Source: Squalus acanthias (lineage: Eukaryota). Taken from it: a DNA stretch of 64,000 nt. The stretch spans positions 87,360,001-87,424,000 of the forward strand of contig CM059432.1 in the NCBI GenBank assembly GCA_030390025.1. Reading direction: 5' to 3'. Of this stretch, positions 23,141-36,649 are shown one piece after another. The position numbers and the translations under genes were made by a program. Within the stretch, counting starts at the first letter, position 1. Each line of letters begins with the position of its first letter. The notes under the pieces are model-generated. The model saw only the letters and a program-made list of their open reading frames with translations, was not told the DNA's origin and made no database searches.

Positions 23141-23851
23141 TGTATGGGGTGGGGCAATGCCATGGAGGGATTTGAAATGAGATTGAGAACCGTTAAATCA
23201 ATTTGTTTGGGCACTGGGAGGCTGTGGAACTTGGGTAGGATGCGATACTTGCAATGTGGGACTTTGTGCATGCGAAGACACAAGCCGTGGAGTTCTGAAT
23301 GAATTGTAACTTGGTGGATAGAGATGTGGGTGCTGACCAGAAGAACATTAGAGAAGGCAAGCCTTCACCTGATAAAGACGTGGATCAAAGTTTGGGCAGC
23401 AGGGGGTAGATGGGCTGTTTATGGAGGTCTAAGAGTGTGGTCTTGGGAATGGAATAGAATGAGGAAAGCATTCCTTTGAGGATGGAATCGCTGCTCAAAC
23501 TCCATTATGGTTCTGTATCTCTGAACTTAGCCTGAGGTGGCAGGTGGGGAGCTTGATGATCTCCAGGACACAGAGATGTAGGTGGCAGCAGGAGTAGGCT
23601 GACTTTGGTATTACCAACGTCCTTCTTAAATGATTTGCTTGCTTTTGAATACTCTGTTTCTTGCATGTATGCTTTTAGACGTAACTTAGTATACATTGCA
23701 TTTATCTTAGTGTGAATGCTAGTTAATTAATAAAAGTAGAAATTGAGCATATCTATACAGTAACAAATAATGGAAGTGTTTCTGATGAATACCATAATGT
23801 GAAAGGGTTAAAATGTGAGGTGGTATTGATCGCTTTGTTGCTGCATTTCAG

Positions 23852-24044
23852 GTTCGTTTGGTTATTGCAGAAAAGGGTCTAAAATGTGAGGAATATGACG
23901 TTAACCTACCATTAAGTGAGCACAATGAACCTTGGTTTATGCGTTTGAACCCAGCAGGAGAGGTGCCTGTATTAATTCATGGAGACAACATTATCTGCGA
24001 ATCTACTCTCATCATTGACTACCTGGAGAACACCTTTGAAGATG
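23852..24044 (+). CDS. GDAP1: GDAP1 coding exon 2 (193 nt, GST N-domain)
   Basis: tttcag acceptor; VRLVIAEKGLKCEEYDVNLPLSEHNEPWFMRLNPAGEVPVLIHGDNIICES...; donor G|gtaaca; 193 nt as recalled for human exon 2. Confidence 0.97.
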
Positions 24045-26541
24045 GTAACATTAAGGAAATACTTTGTGGTAGTGAAACTGTGGTGTGTGTGTGTGTGTGC
24101 GTGTGTGTCCTCCCTCCCACCACCCTTATTAGCTGATTTGCTTTCTTCCCCTATCTCCTCTCCTGAAGGTGTTGACTCCTCACTGCGGGCCCTGAGGGTA
24201 CAAATGATCTTCCACAGGTGGCTATTTTTCATGTTTGAGCTTGGACAGCGAATATCGGCAGGTTGTTTAATTGTGATGGCATCAGAGCCAAGCCCTATCC
24301 TGTGCTCATCTGTGGTCCACACATGCACACTTCTGGCAGAGGCTTCCCCTTCCTAACCACGCGGCATGAGGCCACTTGTCATAGCCTGCCACAATCTTGG
24401 CAGGTCCTAGAAGGGAACTATTAAAGACATTCAGTACTTGAGCCAATCACTACACAGAGTACTGATTGGCTCAAGCACTTAATGTCTTGACCAGCTGAGG
24501 CATTGCAGGAATCCTATAAATTGGGGTTTTCAAGCACTGATCAAAGTGTGAAATTTTCAATCAAGACTTTAATGGAAAACAAATTTAACTTGTAATTGCA
24601 GTTATAAATATAAATTACAGAATCTATTCCATTTAAGTAAGTAATAGAGCCTGGAGTTACTGCAAAAACAGTAAGGTGTACGGAGGCCTATGTGGATGGG
24701 CTGTCTGTTGATGGCTTGACTTGGTTTGGCTCAGCTTCTAAAGTCTGATAGTATGAGTATCAACAATCCCAGTTCTGATGTAAATATAGAGTACAGCACC
24801 CCCTGCTGTAACAATGTGAGTGTTTCTATTTCCCACAGCAGTCTCCCCTATGGTTTCTCTAAGTGAGATTGACAACAATGCTGAGTTGAAGGCAGTTTTG
24901 TGCAATGCGTGCATTCCCATTGGGAGGGACATCCGAATCCTAAGTATTAAGCAAGTGAATGATCAGGGAATTTAGAACTACATTTTTATCAAGCATCATT
25001 TTATTTGGCAAAACTAAAACTATATTCATTGCATTCAAGAATCAATCACCAATTACAATATTTTTGATAATCTGATGTGATATTGAAGGTGTGGGAGGTA
25101 TTTTGGGACCTAGGAAGCAGTATTGATGTGTTCATTTTTTTTTAAATGTGCAAATTTTCTAAGGGAAGTAACAATGTAGAACTGGCATGGTTCATAGAAC
25201 TGAAGAAAGCATTTTAATTTCTGGTGTTCTTGGTACTGTATATACAAAAATAATCTTTTGGTGCAGAATTCAGCAGGCCAGGAGTGGGAACTCTAGCTCT
25301 TTTTTCACTCTACAGCCTGTGGATGTTAGTGCAGCAGTGGGTGCATTGCAATTGACTATCAACTAACTCAGCATGGACTAGGCATTGTTTCTGGGACTTC
25401 TCTGGGCTCCCTCCCTTACTACACAATACACTTAACCTCTGGGTCTACTATCGTACTCCTCAGTGCATTTAAACTCTGGGCTCCCTACCATACTACACAG
25501 AACCACTGAACTATTAAGAGAACCCATCTGATCTCTTACTTTTAACCAAGAAGAAATTATATCCTTGTGCAGGATTTAAATTAGACTAAATTTTTCAGAT
25601 AAATCTCAGCTGCCTCAATTCAGCTGCTTTAGCACCATTGCTAGCTCTTTTATGTTTCTTGGAAAGAAAGACTTGCATATATTTGTGATTTTGTTATTTC
25701 AAGTTGAATATAAATTGAAAATATGTCTGAGTATATGTACTTTACATATTAGAATTTTACATATTTCTTTTTATTTCACATTTGAACATTTATTTTCACA
25801 TTTTCATATTAAGTTAAGGGTTTATAAATTAGATTATTTGATTTCCTGAATAAATTTACATATTTATTTTGTCTTTTTCTTTACAGTTATTCCTTTGTTA
25901 CATCAAATCATAGTGATTTTGAACTAATGTACAATATATAGAGCTAGCAGACTCCACAGCTGGAATGTTTCAGTTTCTGAGGTAACATGTTCTGAGATAT
26001 GTTTGAAATGTTCTGTTTCAATGTCTAACCAATTACTTCATGGAGATTTGAGATATTTGGTATAGTATGCATTCTTTGTTCAAAGCAATTTAGGGTTGAA
26101 ATCATACTGGGATGTTAGATATTAAAATAAATGGATTACTGCCTCTGTTAAGTAGTAGACAAAGAAATTAACCAACATGAAATTCATTGATGCGGAGATT
26201 ACATATTTTAATTAAATTAATTAGCTTGTAATTTTAAATAAATCTGTTGGACTATAACCTGGTGTTGTGCGACTTCTCATTTTTATGAAATTCATTAGCA
26301 CACTGTGTATGTCCAATTCTTTGGTATTGGAATTTAGAAAAATCCAAGAACCATAAAAGGTTGTAGCCTTGTTACGCTGTGTTTACTTGTAGTATAAATC
26401 TTGCTGACATTCCGTTTGGAAGAGAAATGTCAAGTTTAAAAAAAAAAAGAAAAAGAAATTGCCTGTAAAATTGCCCCGTTTACTTTTCTCGTCAATTTTT
26501 CTGCTTTAATAAGAGTGCCCTTTGTGTGCTTGTACTTTTAG

Positions 26542-26715
26542 CAAACATCCCCAAATTGATGCCAGAAGAAGGAAGCCTGTATTATCCACGAGTACAACAT
26601 TATCGAGAACTACTAGACTCTCTCCCTATGGATGCCTATACCCATGGCTGTATTCTTCACCCAGAGTTAACTTTGGACTCCATGATTCCTGCATATGCAA
26701 CCACTAGAATTCGTA
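26542..26715 (+). CDS. GDAP1: GDAP1 coding exon 3 (174 nt)
   Basis: ttttag acceptor; PKLMPEEGSLYYPRVQHYRELLDSLPMDAYTHGCILHPELTLDSMIPAYATTRIR; donor A|gtaagt; phase consistent. Confidence 0.97.
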
Positions 26716-26799
26716 GTAAGTAGAATCTACCATCACAGTTGTGTTAGGGTAGATAGTTGTTTTTCCCCTTTTGTTGCAATCCTAATTGGCTGACAATTC

Positions 26800-27440
26800 A
26801 TAGGATTACATAAAATATACAGCACAGAACCAGTCCATGCTGGCATTTATGCTCCACTCGAGCCTCCTCCTGTCTTTCCTCATCTAACTTGATCAGCATA
26901 ACCCTCTATTCCCTTCTCCCTCATGTGCTTATCTAGCCCCCCCCCCTTAAATGCATCTATACTATTCGCCTCAACTACTCCCTGTGGTAGTGAGTTACAC
27001 ATTCTCACCAATCTGTATAAAGAAGTTCCTTCTGAATTCCCTATTTGATTTCTTGGTGACTATCTTATATTGATGGCCTCTAGTTTTGCTCTTCCCCACA
27101 AGTGGAAACACTCTCTGTATCTGCTCTATCAAAACATTTCATAATTTTGGGTTACCTCTCAGCCTTCTCTTTTCAAGAGAAAAGAGACCCACCCTGTTCA
27201 TCCTTTCCTCGCATTTCTGGTTTCATCCTTGTAAATCTTTTTTGCATCCTCTCCAGTGCCTCTATCCTCTTTATAATATGGCGACCAGAATTGTACGCAG
27301 TACTCCGAGTGTGGTCTAACCAAGGTTCGATACAAGTTTAGCATAACTTCCCTACTTTTCAATTCAATCCCTCTAGAAATAAACCCTAGAGCTTGGTTTG
27401 CATTTTTTATGGTCTTGTTAACCTATGTCACTACTTTTCA
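26800..27440 (-). mobile_element. CR1 3' fragment
   Basis: Reverse complement of CR1 RT C-terminus and 3'UTR, similar to 10980-11560. Confidence 0.75.
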
Positions 27441-27699
27441 GCAAACTTAACAGTTTAAATATTTCTGTAGTTTGAATCTTGATGGGAACTACTTTTCTTG
27501 CAATGGTTTATTCTGTTGTGCCTTTAACCCAAATGGAGCTATGTAAAATTTAGTGTGTTTACAAATGTCTAAGTTAATCTGCAGATGACAAAGAGACCTA
27601 TTTTGCACATTTTCACTAAACCAAGAGTGATGTTACATTATCCTCACATAGCATAAGAAAGGTGACTTAGGAAAGCTGCATATTTTAAAACATGTAGAC

Positions 27700-27826
27700 C
27701 AATGTTCCCTGTAATAATTTTTGGCGTTGGGGCTACGCGTAGCCATTCAAAATACAGTGTATGTGCGGTTTTTGTATTGAAAAGCCGGCTGCGTGATTTC
27801 GACCATGCAGCTTAATAGGAACATTG
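27700..27826. mobile_element. 127-bp hAT-like MITE
   Basis: TIR CAATGTTCC; degenerate 8-bp TSD ATGTAGAC / AAGTGGAC. Confidence 0.6.
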
Positions 27827-28249
27827 AAGTGGACCCATTTTTGGTTGAACATGGGGCCACACGTTTTACATCCCACATGAAATTGTGAGGTGTGTAAATG
27901 ATGCATCTTGGTCTCCTACATGAGAGACAACTGATGTTTGTGTTGCTTCAAGGATAGGACAAGCTAATGCTAATGTAGACCCAGAGGCACCACTGATTAT
28001 TAGAATTTAGTGTCACATTGCCCCTGTGGCGTGTATTGTCTTTTGGGAGTAGGTTATAAGAGATACAAGCCAGATTTGTACCTGAGTATATTTTTGAAAA
28101 AAACAAAAAAAGCATGAGGGTGGTAGGGTGCTACAATTGGCTCCAGTTTCTCTGGGCTAGAGGAGGAAACAATCAGCCAGGAGTTCCCAATACTGCTTGT
28201 AATCCACTGATATCTGTTGTCAGGTGTGTGTGTACAAGTTGTGAATATT

Positions 28250-29345
28250 CATAGAAACTTACGGCACAGAAAGAGGCCATTCGACCCGTTGTGTCTGTGC
28301 CAGCCGAAAGAGCTATCCAGCCTAATCCCACTTTCCAGCTCTTAGTCTGTAGCCTTGTAGGTTATGGCGCTTCAGGTGCATATCCAAGTACTTTTTAAAT
28401 GTGATGAGGGTTTCTGCCTCTACCACCCTTTCAGGCAGTGAGCTCCAGAACCCCATCACCTTATGGGTGAAAAATGTTCTCCTCAACTTCCCTCTAATCC
28501 TTCTACCAATTACTTTAAATTTATGACCCTGGTTATTGACCTCTCTGCTAAGGGGAAAATGGTCCTTCCTATCCACTCTAGGCCCCTCATAATTTTATAC
28601 ACCTCAATCAAGTATCTCCTCAGCCTCCTCTGTTCCAAAGAAAACAACTCCAGCCTATCCAATTTTTCCTCATAGCTAAAATTCTCCCATCCTGGCAACG
28701 TCCTTGTAAATCTCCTCTGTACCCTCTCTAATGCAATCACATCTTTCCTGTAATGTGGTGGCCAGAACTGTACACCGTACTCTAGCTGTGGCCTAACTAG
28801 TGTTTTATACAGTTCAAGCATAACCTCCCTGCTCTTGTATTCTATGGCTCAGCTAGTATGCCGCCTTAACCACCTTATCAACTTGTCCTGCTACCTTCAG
28901 GAATCTGTGGACATGCACTCCAAGATCCCTCTGTTCCTCTACACTTCTCAGTATCCTACCATTTATTGTGTATTCCCTTGCTTGTTAGCCCTCCCAAATG
29001 CATTACCTCACACTTCTCCGGATTGAATTCCATTTGCCACTTTTCTGCCCACCTGACCAGTCCATTGATATTTTCCTGCAGTCTACAGCTTTCTTCCTCA
29101 CCATCAATCACACGGCCAATTTTTGTACCATCTACAAACTTAATCATACCCCTATAATGAAGTCCAAATCATTGATGTAAAGCAAGGGACCTAGTACTGA
29201 GCCCTGCAGAACTCCACTGGAAACCGCTTTCCAGTCACACAAACATCCGTCGACCGTTGCCCTTTGATTCCTGCCACTGAACCAATTTTGGATCCAACTT
29301 GCCACTTTCCCTTGGATCCCATGGGCTTTTACGTTTCTGACCGGT
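28250..29345 (-). mobile_element. CR1 3' fragment
   Basis: LYKTLVRPQLEY..LFSLEQRRLR; WAEKWQMEFNPEKCEV. Confidence 0.88.
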
Positions 29346-30588
29346 TAGAACAGGGCCAGGTCTTGCTGCAATTCACCTCCCACTCAAATAGCTTGCTGGT
29401 ACTTGCTATCTAGGCTCATGTGAAGAAAGGCCATGTGGCTGATATACTGACACCTGTGAAATCATACCCCAGCATGATCTAAAGGCTTCAAGAGAAGAGG
29501 GAAGAAAATTGGAGAAGGGATATAAATTTTAAAAATGTACAGAAAGATGTTAGGGTTTCCAAAGATCATGCTGCTTCCATGCATGTTTGACTTAGTGACT
29601 GCTACAAGGTCTGGGAAGAAATGGCTTATTTAATATTTCTGTGCATCATAAAGCTGTTCCCTGCCTTGGCCTCAGTTGTAATTATTCAGTGGAATTTTAA
29701 TGCTAAATATAATTGCAGCCATTATGAACAGAACTATTTAATGCAGCAGTATTAAAGCTGATGCCCAGTTTTTAAATGGTTCAACATGTCTAATTTAAAA
29801 AAAAATCTAAAAGCTTGACTAATTATTGCAGTCTGGAATTACTAAATTGTTGTGAATTACTACCTGAAATGTGTGTTATATTGAGAAATGACCAGTAACT
29901 TTTCAGTTTATTCAGAACACCAATTATAAAGAAGGGCTCTGTTAATTTTAATCTATGAATCGGATTTTGCGTTAGAAATAATGGTGAACCTATCTGCGCT
30001 GACCGTTATTATGGAGTAAATAGGACAGCAACTTCTGGTGTCGGCACATGCACACTTCAACATGGAAATCCGGAATTGCTGTCTGATTTGCCCTGCTCCT
30101 CCACAAGCTTTGCTACACCGGTACCTCACCATAGATTCGGCATTAAAATACATGCAATAGCGTGAAGTTGCTGTTCCCATTAAACACGCCAGAAAAAGTT
30201 AGGGCTGGTGCATTCAAGCGCAAGTAAATTTTTAACTGCGTGATGAGTCTTAATTACTGTCAAACAACCTCTCTGGCACTGAAAATGTAATGTCTCTTTT
30301 TTCAGAATTTAATTATTGTTGGAGGTTTTTTTTTAAACTTTCTTTCTGTCTCTTATTTCGTTAATCCCATCTTTCTTTCCCTCTCTTATTTTGCTTTCTG
30401 TACATGATTTTACATTGAATTAAATATTCTAATTTATACTTCCTGGTTTAGACTCTGTGGGCAGCTATACAGTGAGCGCCGTTCCTTTGACGCTGACCGC
30501 CTCTTCTTAATCACACCTACATTTACATTTTAAAATACAATTTAACAATTACTGAAATTATTTTGGACAGTTTTATGATATAGATATA

Positions 30589-32630
30589 CAGGGATCCCTC
30601 CCCAACCGCGGGGGATACGTCCTGAAAACCCGTAGTTGGTAAAACCGTGGTTGGCAAATACTGGACCCTATGGGAAAAATGGGGTTAGGGGGAACGAGGC
30701 CGCATTTAAACTCTTCAGAGCCTGTGTAAGTTGCTTGTTCTTTTATTAAACACAAATAAAATACACTAACGTAACAAAAACAATAAATGTTCAAATACTG
30801 TAACACAATAAAAAAGATCAACTGGGCGGTTTCTTAAAGAATTCTGCAATGGATGGTTGACTTTTTTTTTCTGAATATCTTTCTGGACCTGCTTGTATGG
30901 TCTCATTAAATCCTCCAAACCTTGCTTGAATTTTAAACTACGCTCCAAGAATGGGTCAATCTCCATAAAGAGGTCAGAGAGATTAGTAGCAAGGAGCATT
31001 GCCTTGCTAAGGTTGGCACTTGTCATCTTCGACTTCTCCACCATATCCTCGTCTTCGTCCTCGTCCTCTGCCTCACTAGAATGCTGTATCAGCTCATCAA
31101 GGTCCTCCTCCGTCAACTCCTCACCGTGCAACTCAAGGAGCTCCTTGATGTCATCAGGCTGTATGTCGGCCAGCCCCTCGCCTCCCAAACGTTGTGCAAC
31201 CTTCACAATGCGATCAACTTCATCGTCATTCACTGCCTCCTTCCAAAGTTTACCCCAGCAGGCGTTGATTGTAATCCTCTTCAGTTCATCCATCGATTCT
31301 TTTATGTTGGTGATGCAGTCAGCGATGGTGTAATCCTTCCAACAAGTTTTCACCGTCAGTGTTGCATCATCCTCCATAGCCTCCATCATGCTGCGTCGTA
31401 TGTAGTATGCCTTGAAGGTGGCTATCACACCTTGGTTCATGGGTTGAAGGAGTGAAGTCGTGTTGGGAGGCAGGAAGACGACTTCAATATTAGGGCGGGC
31501 AAATTGGATTGCCGGCGGGTGGCCGGGGGCATTGTCGAGGATGAGTAGGACCTTGAAGGCCAGATTTTCTCTCGCAAGGTATCGCTCCACGTCATGCACA
31601 AAACAGTTATGAAACCAGTCCATGAAGACTGCAGCAGTAACCCACGCCTTGCGGTTAGAACGCCAAAAGACAGGTAGATAGTTTTTGTTTTTGCCCTTCA
31701 GAGCGCGGGGATTAAGAGAGCAGTAGAGCAGCATCGGCTTCACTAAACAGTCTCCCTCGGCGAAAGCACAAAGGAGAAGGGTCACCCTATCCTTAGCCAC
31801 CTTGAATCCCGAAGCATGCTTCTCGGCCTTCGCGATGAAAGTTCGGGAAGGCATCCGCTTCCAGAAGAGACCAGTCTCATCCGCATTAAATACCTGCTCC
31901 GGCAGGTAACCCTTCTCGGCGATCAACTTCTTCAGCTCCTCCAGGAACTTGGCAGCGGCCTCGTGATCGGCTGAGGCCGATTCCCCCACAACCTTGAGGT
32001 TAGTCAAGGCGAACCTCTTAAAATTTTCCAACCAGCCCTTACTCGCTTGAAACTTTGTCATTTACACTTTCCCCGGCAGCCACAGTAAGATGCTTGTAGA
32101 TACTAAGGACCTTCTTACGTACCCATGCGGAAGTAACATTCGCTTGTTTCTGGTTCTGGTCTTCCAACCAGATATTAAGTGCCTTCTCCATTTTTTTGAA
32201 GCTTATGGTCCTGTGGCATAAATGACACTTTAGCACTTTTCGAAGAGCCACCCGCAATACTAGCCCTTATCGACACCTCACTTTTTTTAATGGTGGACTC
32301 GTTGACCCCCATTAGTCGTCCAACCGACGCTGTACTTTCACCACGGGCAAGTCTATTAACGACATCTAATTTCCTATCTAAGGTTAGTACATTCCTTGCC
32401 CTTTTCGCTATTGATTCGCCTTTACCACTGAGATTACGCTTGGGCGCCATGATTAATGGCTGAACGTTCACACACGTGGTTGTTATTATGCTGATGGATG
32501 CAGTCTCGTGCTTGGCAAACCGCGTATACGTGAAATTCACTGCCGTGGTTGGCAAAAATTGCCGCAGAGATGAAACCGTGTATACGTGAATTCCGCGTGT
32601 GGCAAAACCGCGGTTGGGGCGGGATTTCTG
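30589..32630 (-). mobile_element. Complete Tigger/pogo DNA transposon (2042 bp) with frameshifted transposase
   Basis: TA TSD on both sides; 23-bp TIR (20/23); ATG at 32450 MAPKRN..HTH; FNADETGLFW, LILDNAPGHP, LQPMNQG. Confidence 0.95.
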
Positions 32631-34239
32631 TATATGAATTAGTTTCTTAAAGATTGTTCTTCTCAAGGCCAGAATTACTTGACTGCAGCTCTTCAGATTT
32701 TGGTAGTTTGTGCTGTAAAAGCCTTGCACTTCTCAAATTTACAGTAATAAATATTTCCAGAAAAAATTTGCTTAATTTTCATTGCCAGGTGGAAATGGCC
32801 TTTTTGATAAATTGAGATTATATCCTTTATTAAATTACTACATTCTAAATATTGTGGTAGTGGGTGTATTTGCTGTAACATTAACATACCCCCAGTACCT
32901 TTACCAAAGGGAAACATAAGATGCTGTTGCGTGACCTATTCAGTAGGTGGCACTGTTTTTTTTAAATTTGCACTGCTGTGTAGAGAATTTTTTTGAGAGA
33001 GATTTAACAGATTAAAGAATCAGAAGACATTTCCAAAGAAACATCAATATATTTATTGCTTCTATCATGAATTCAAAATCATCCTCATTTACAAATCTCT
33101 CCACAGCCTATTTCATTCTAACTCTACAACTTGTTCCAGACATGCCCTTTGATCCGCCAACACTGGCATCCTGAGCATCTTCCCCATCCCCTTCCTCTGG
33201 ACTTCCATTGGTGACGGAGCCTTCAGCTGTCTTAGCTTCGCTTTGGAACTCTGTCCTAAAACCACTCTCCTCTGCATCCAATTTCTTCAGTGAAGTGCCC
33301 TGGGGCATTTTCTATGCTAAAGGTGCTATATAAATGCAAGTTATTAAAACAAAAAGGCTGATAAATCAAATAATTGCAGAATGCTTTTACATACTGTAAA
33401 CCTGCTAAGTGTGTGAAAACTATTTAAGGTAGACACAATAGCTAATTATTCCAGGGTAGTTTTAGATTTGGGTACAGTTGAAATATGAAGGGCAATTATT
33501 AATATAGCTCTGATTTCAGGGAAGTATATCCGTTTTTCCTCTATTAGATCTGCAGTTATTTCGAAATTTGAATTGATCAGAATGTGGCCTATTGCAGATC
33601 ACAAGATTGATAAATGAGGTGGACCATTCAGTCCACCTAGGCTCATCCATTCAGCAATAACCTACAGTTCCAAATTCACAACATCCAACTGTTAAACGGT
33701 TTTTACTTTTGCACCCACTATCTAGTTCATATTCTCTCACTCGCTCTCTCTGTCCTTCATGCTTAATGATCATTGCCACACTCTTCTGGCTGTGTCCCGC
33801 TCCAATACGGCCTCTTGCCATTTCTGTATACTCAACCCCTCCCCCCTTTGCGGACTTTAAATAGGTCTCTCACGTCAGCTCAAGCTTTGTTACACACACC
33901 CGTGTCTGTCTCTCCCTGGCTCTTGCTCTGTAGTTCCCGGCTCCATTCCTTGCATCCCTCCTGCACTTTCTTATTTACTCACTGCCTAGCACTAAGGGCC
34001 AGTCTGGAACTGGAAGCAGCCTTAGGCAAACTTATTTTGTAAATTTTGGCTGTCTCCTCAAATTCATTGCCCCTCATATTTTGGTATCATCTGTGAATTT
34101 GACCAGTTTGCCTTGAGCTCTGAATCCAAGTTGCTAATTCAAGTTAGAAACTGGAGTCACCGTGCCAATCCCTAGGACACACCATGTGGTTCTGCTAACT
34201 ATCGTAAGAACTATTTGCTGCTTCAGCTATTTGATCCTG

Positions 34240-34860
34240 AGCAGAGCTTCCGACCTGATATCCTCTCCATCACCAAGATCGCCTACTTCTTACCTCCGTA
34301 GTGTCGCCCATCTCCATCTCTGCCTCAGCCCATCAGCTGCTGAAACCCTCATCCATGCCTTTGTTACCTCCAGACTTGACTATTCCAACGCACTCCTGGC
34401 TGGCCTCCCACTTCCACCCTACGTAAACTTCAGCTAATCCAAAACTCTGCTGCCCGTATCCTAACTCTCACCAAGTCTGTTCATCCATCACCCCTGTGCT
34501 TGCTGACTACATTGGCTCCCGGTTAAGCAACGCCTCCAATTTAAAATTCTCATCCTTGTGTTCAAATTCTTCCATGGTCTCGCCCTGCCCTATCTCTGTA
34601 ACCTCCTCCAGCCCTGCAACCCTCAAGATCTTTGTGCTCCTCCAATTATGGCCTCTTGTGCATCCCCGTTTCCCCCCACCCCACCATTGGTGGCCGTGCC
34701 TTCAACTGCCTAAGCCATAAGTTCTGGAATTCTCTCTTCCTTACCTCACCTGTCCTAATATTTTTGTGGCTCGGTGTTGATTTTTTTTTTTCATAACGCT
34801 CCTACTAAGCGCCTTGGCGCATTTTACTATGTTAAAGATGCTATATAAATGCAAGTAATT
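34240..34860 (+). mobile_element. L2-clade LINE 3' fragment
   Basis: AAETLIHAFVTSRLDYSNALLAGLP; L2-type tail. Confidence 0.85.
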
Positions 34861-35202
34861 GTTATCCATGCCCACTACTTTTAAGTGTAAATATTAGTCT
34901 ATTGTGTGGAATTTTATCAAATTATTTTTGGAAATCTAAGTAAACCACCTTGTAGAAGTTTCCACTGTACAGGTGGGATATTTATTGGGATGGTTCTGAA
35001 CTTGTCCTGTTTTATTGTTGTGGTCAGTGCAGTTTCAGATTTTTTTGATTCAATGTGCTGAAATGTAAAAAGCTGCATTATAGAAAATTAGTGGTATGAT
35101 TTTGAAATTCCAAATCCCAACTATTGAATTTGAATCCCATGTCCCTTCTCCCCCCCCCCACCCATCTCTTCAAATCTAATGTGCACTTTCATTTACTATC
35201 AG

Positions 35203-35297
35203 GCCAAATTGGAAACACTGAATCTGAATTAAAGAAGCTTGCTCAGGAGCACCCAGAATTGCGTGAAGCATATTTAACAAAGCAGAAACAAATAAAG
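35203..35297 (+). CDS. GDAP1: GDAP1 coding exon 4 (95 nt)
   Basis: tatcag acceptor; SQIGNTESELKKLAQEHPELREAYLTKQKQIK; donor AAG|gtaagt. Confidence 0.97.
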
Positions 35298-36156
35298 GTA
35301 AGTGCTTTTTATAATTAACTTAAATGTTTTTTCTTGATTAATTTCTAGTGTTTGCATTACGGGTGTTACTTCATTAAAATGGATTTTTAAATTGTAAGTT
35401 TACTAACAAAAAACAGTAACACAAAACCAAACTGATTTGCACTTCAAAAAATGCAAACCTGCAAATGTACCAAGGAAAACCGTTACCAAAATCTAAATAT
35501 AATATACCCCTGTCCTGAATAAAACCATTTGTTAATCACCCAATTTTGAGCCCTTTGCTTTCCATGACCACTGTTTTCCAAAATGAGACCACAAATGATC
35601 CTTTTTTTTTGTCTGTTACTACTGTTTAGCTTGTAATAAATCAGCCTTTCAAAAACTAGTTTGTAGCATTTCCAGCAATCTTATTCTTGAACAGGTATGT
35701 ATTTTGGAACCAAAATCTGTTTCCATATTAATGCTGTATTGTCACAGGGAATGCTATCCACTTGAAAATCCCCAAAAATATAAAGTTCAATTACAAATGG
35801 TATCCATCCCTATTCCATCCCAAAAATCTTTTGAATATAAGATCTGCCTATAAATTATAATGTTTGCAGTTGGTGTACATCCACGGACCAAAATTTGTCT
35901 CTAGGGTGTGGGAAATGTCCAGAGTGCAGGAAGCATGCTGATATGGCACAAATATCCCATTTGCTGAAAACACCACATTATTCCCTGCCTCACTATGAAC
36001 AATACCAGGGAGATCCACTGGTTTTACTTCATTTAATCCCTTTGCCCCATCCACCACTCCTACTCTCCTTTTTAGACATTTACAGATTATTATTCAACCT
36101 ATGTTCTCCTGTATATAAACCAAATTCCCCTTTTTAATAGATTTTTCTATCTTCAG

Positions 36157-36271
36157 TCCAAGATACGGGACCATGATAATGTAAACTATCTGAAAAAAAT
36201 ATTTCGTGAGCTGGAAAATGTTCTGGATCAGGTGGAGACTGAGCTACAGAGAAGGATTGAAGAAACTCCAG
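36157..36271 (+). CDS. GDAP1: GDAP1 coding exon 5 (115 nt)
   Basis: cttcag acceptor; SKIRDHDNVNYLKKIFRELENVLDQVETELQRRIEETP; donor G|gtctgt. Confidence 0.96.
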
Positions 36272-36649
36272 GTCTGTATCAAATAAATTACATGTGGACA
36301 CTGTTTTTTGCTTTTGCTTTCAGTTTGTCCCTCATTCCTTTATTCCTCTTTAGCTTGTCTTATGGCAATCATTATACCTCACCATGGCAGGAGCAGGCAA
36401 CCTGCTGTCTTGGGGTTTTCTTTGCGGTGCTCCAGGAGATCCTCAAGCGTATACTCAGCCTGAGGTGTCTTGTCTTCTGATTTTCTTCACCTCCTGTTGG
36501 GAAGCACCTCTCCATAATGGCCTGGCTGAGATCAGAAATCTATCACATGTGGTAGGTTATGTGTAAGTGCCCGGCTCCGAATTGGAGGATGAGTGCACTA
36601 CACTACTGCTCTGTTCAGTATATGCATTTGAAATACTGTAATATGTCAG

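Noticed and set aside
26222..26282. Another hammerhead-family fragment in intron 2
   Set aside because: Only the 3' tail remains; the catalytic core is missing
30766..32061. Domesticated TIGD/CENP-B gene
   Set aside because: Flanked by TIRs and TA TSD; frameshifted N-terminus
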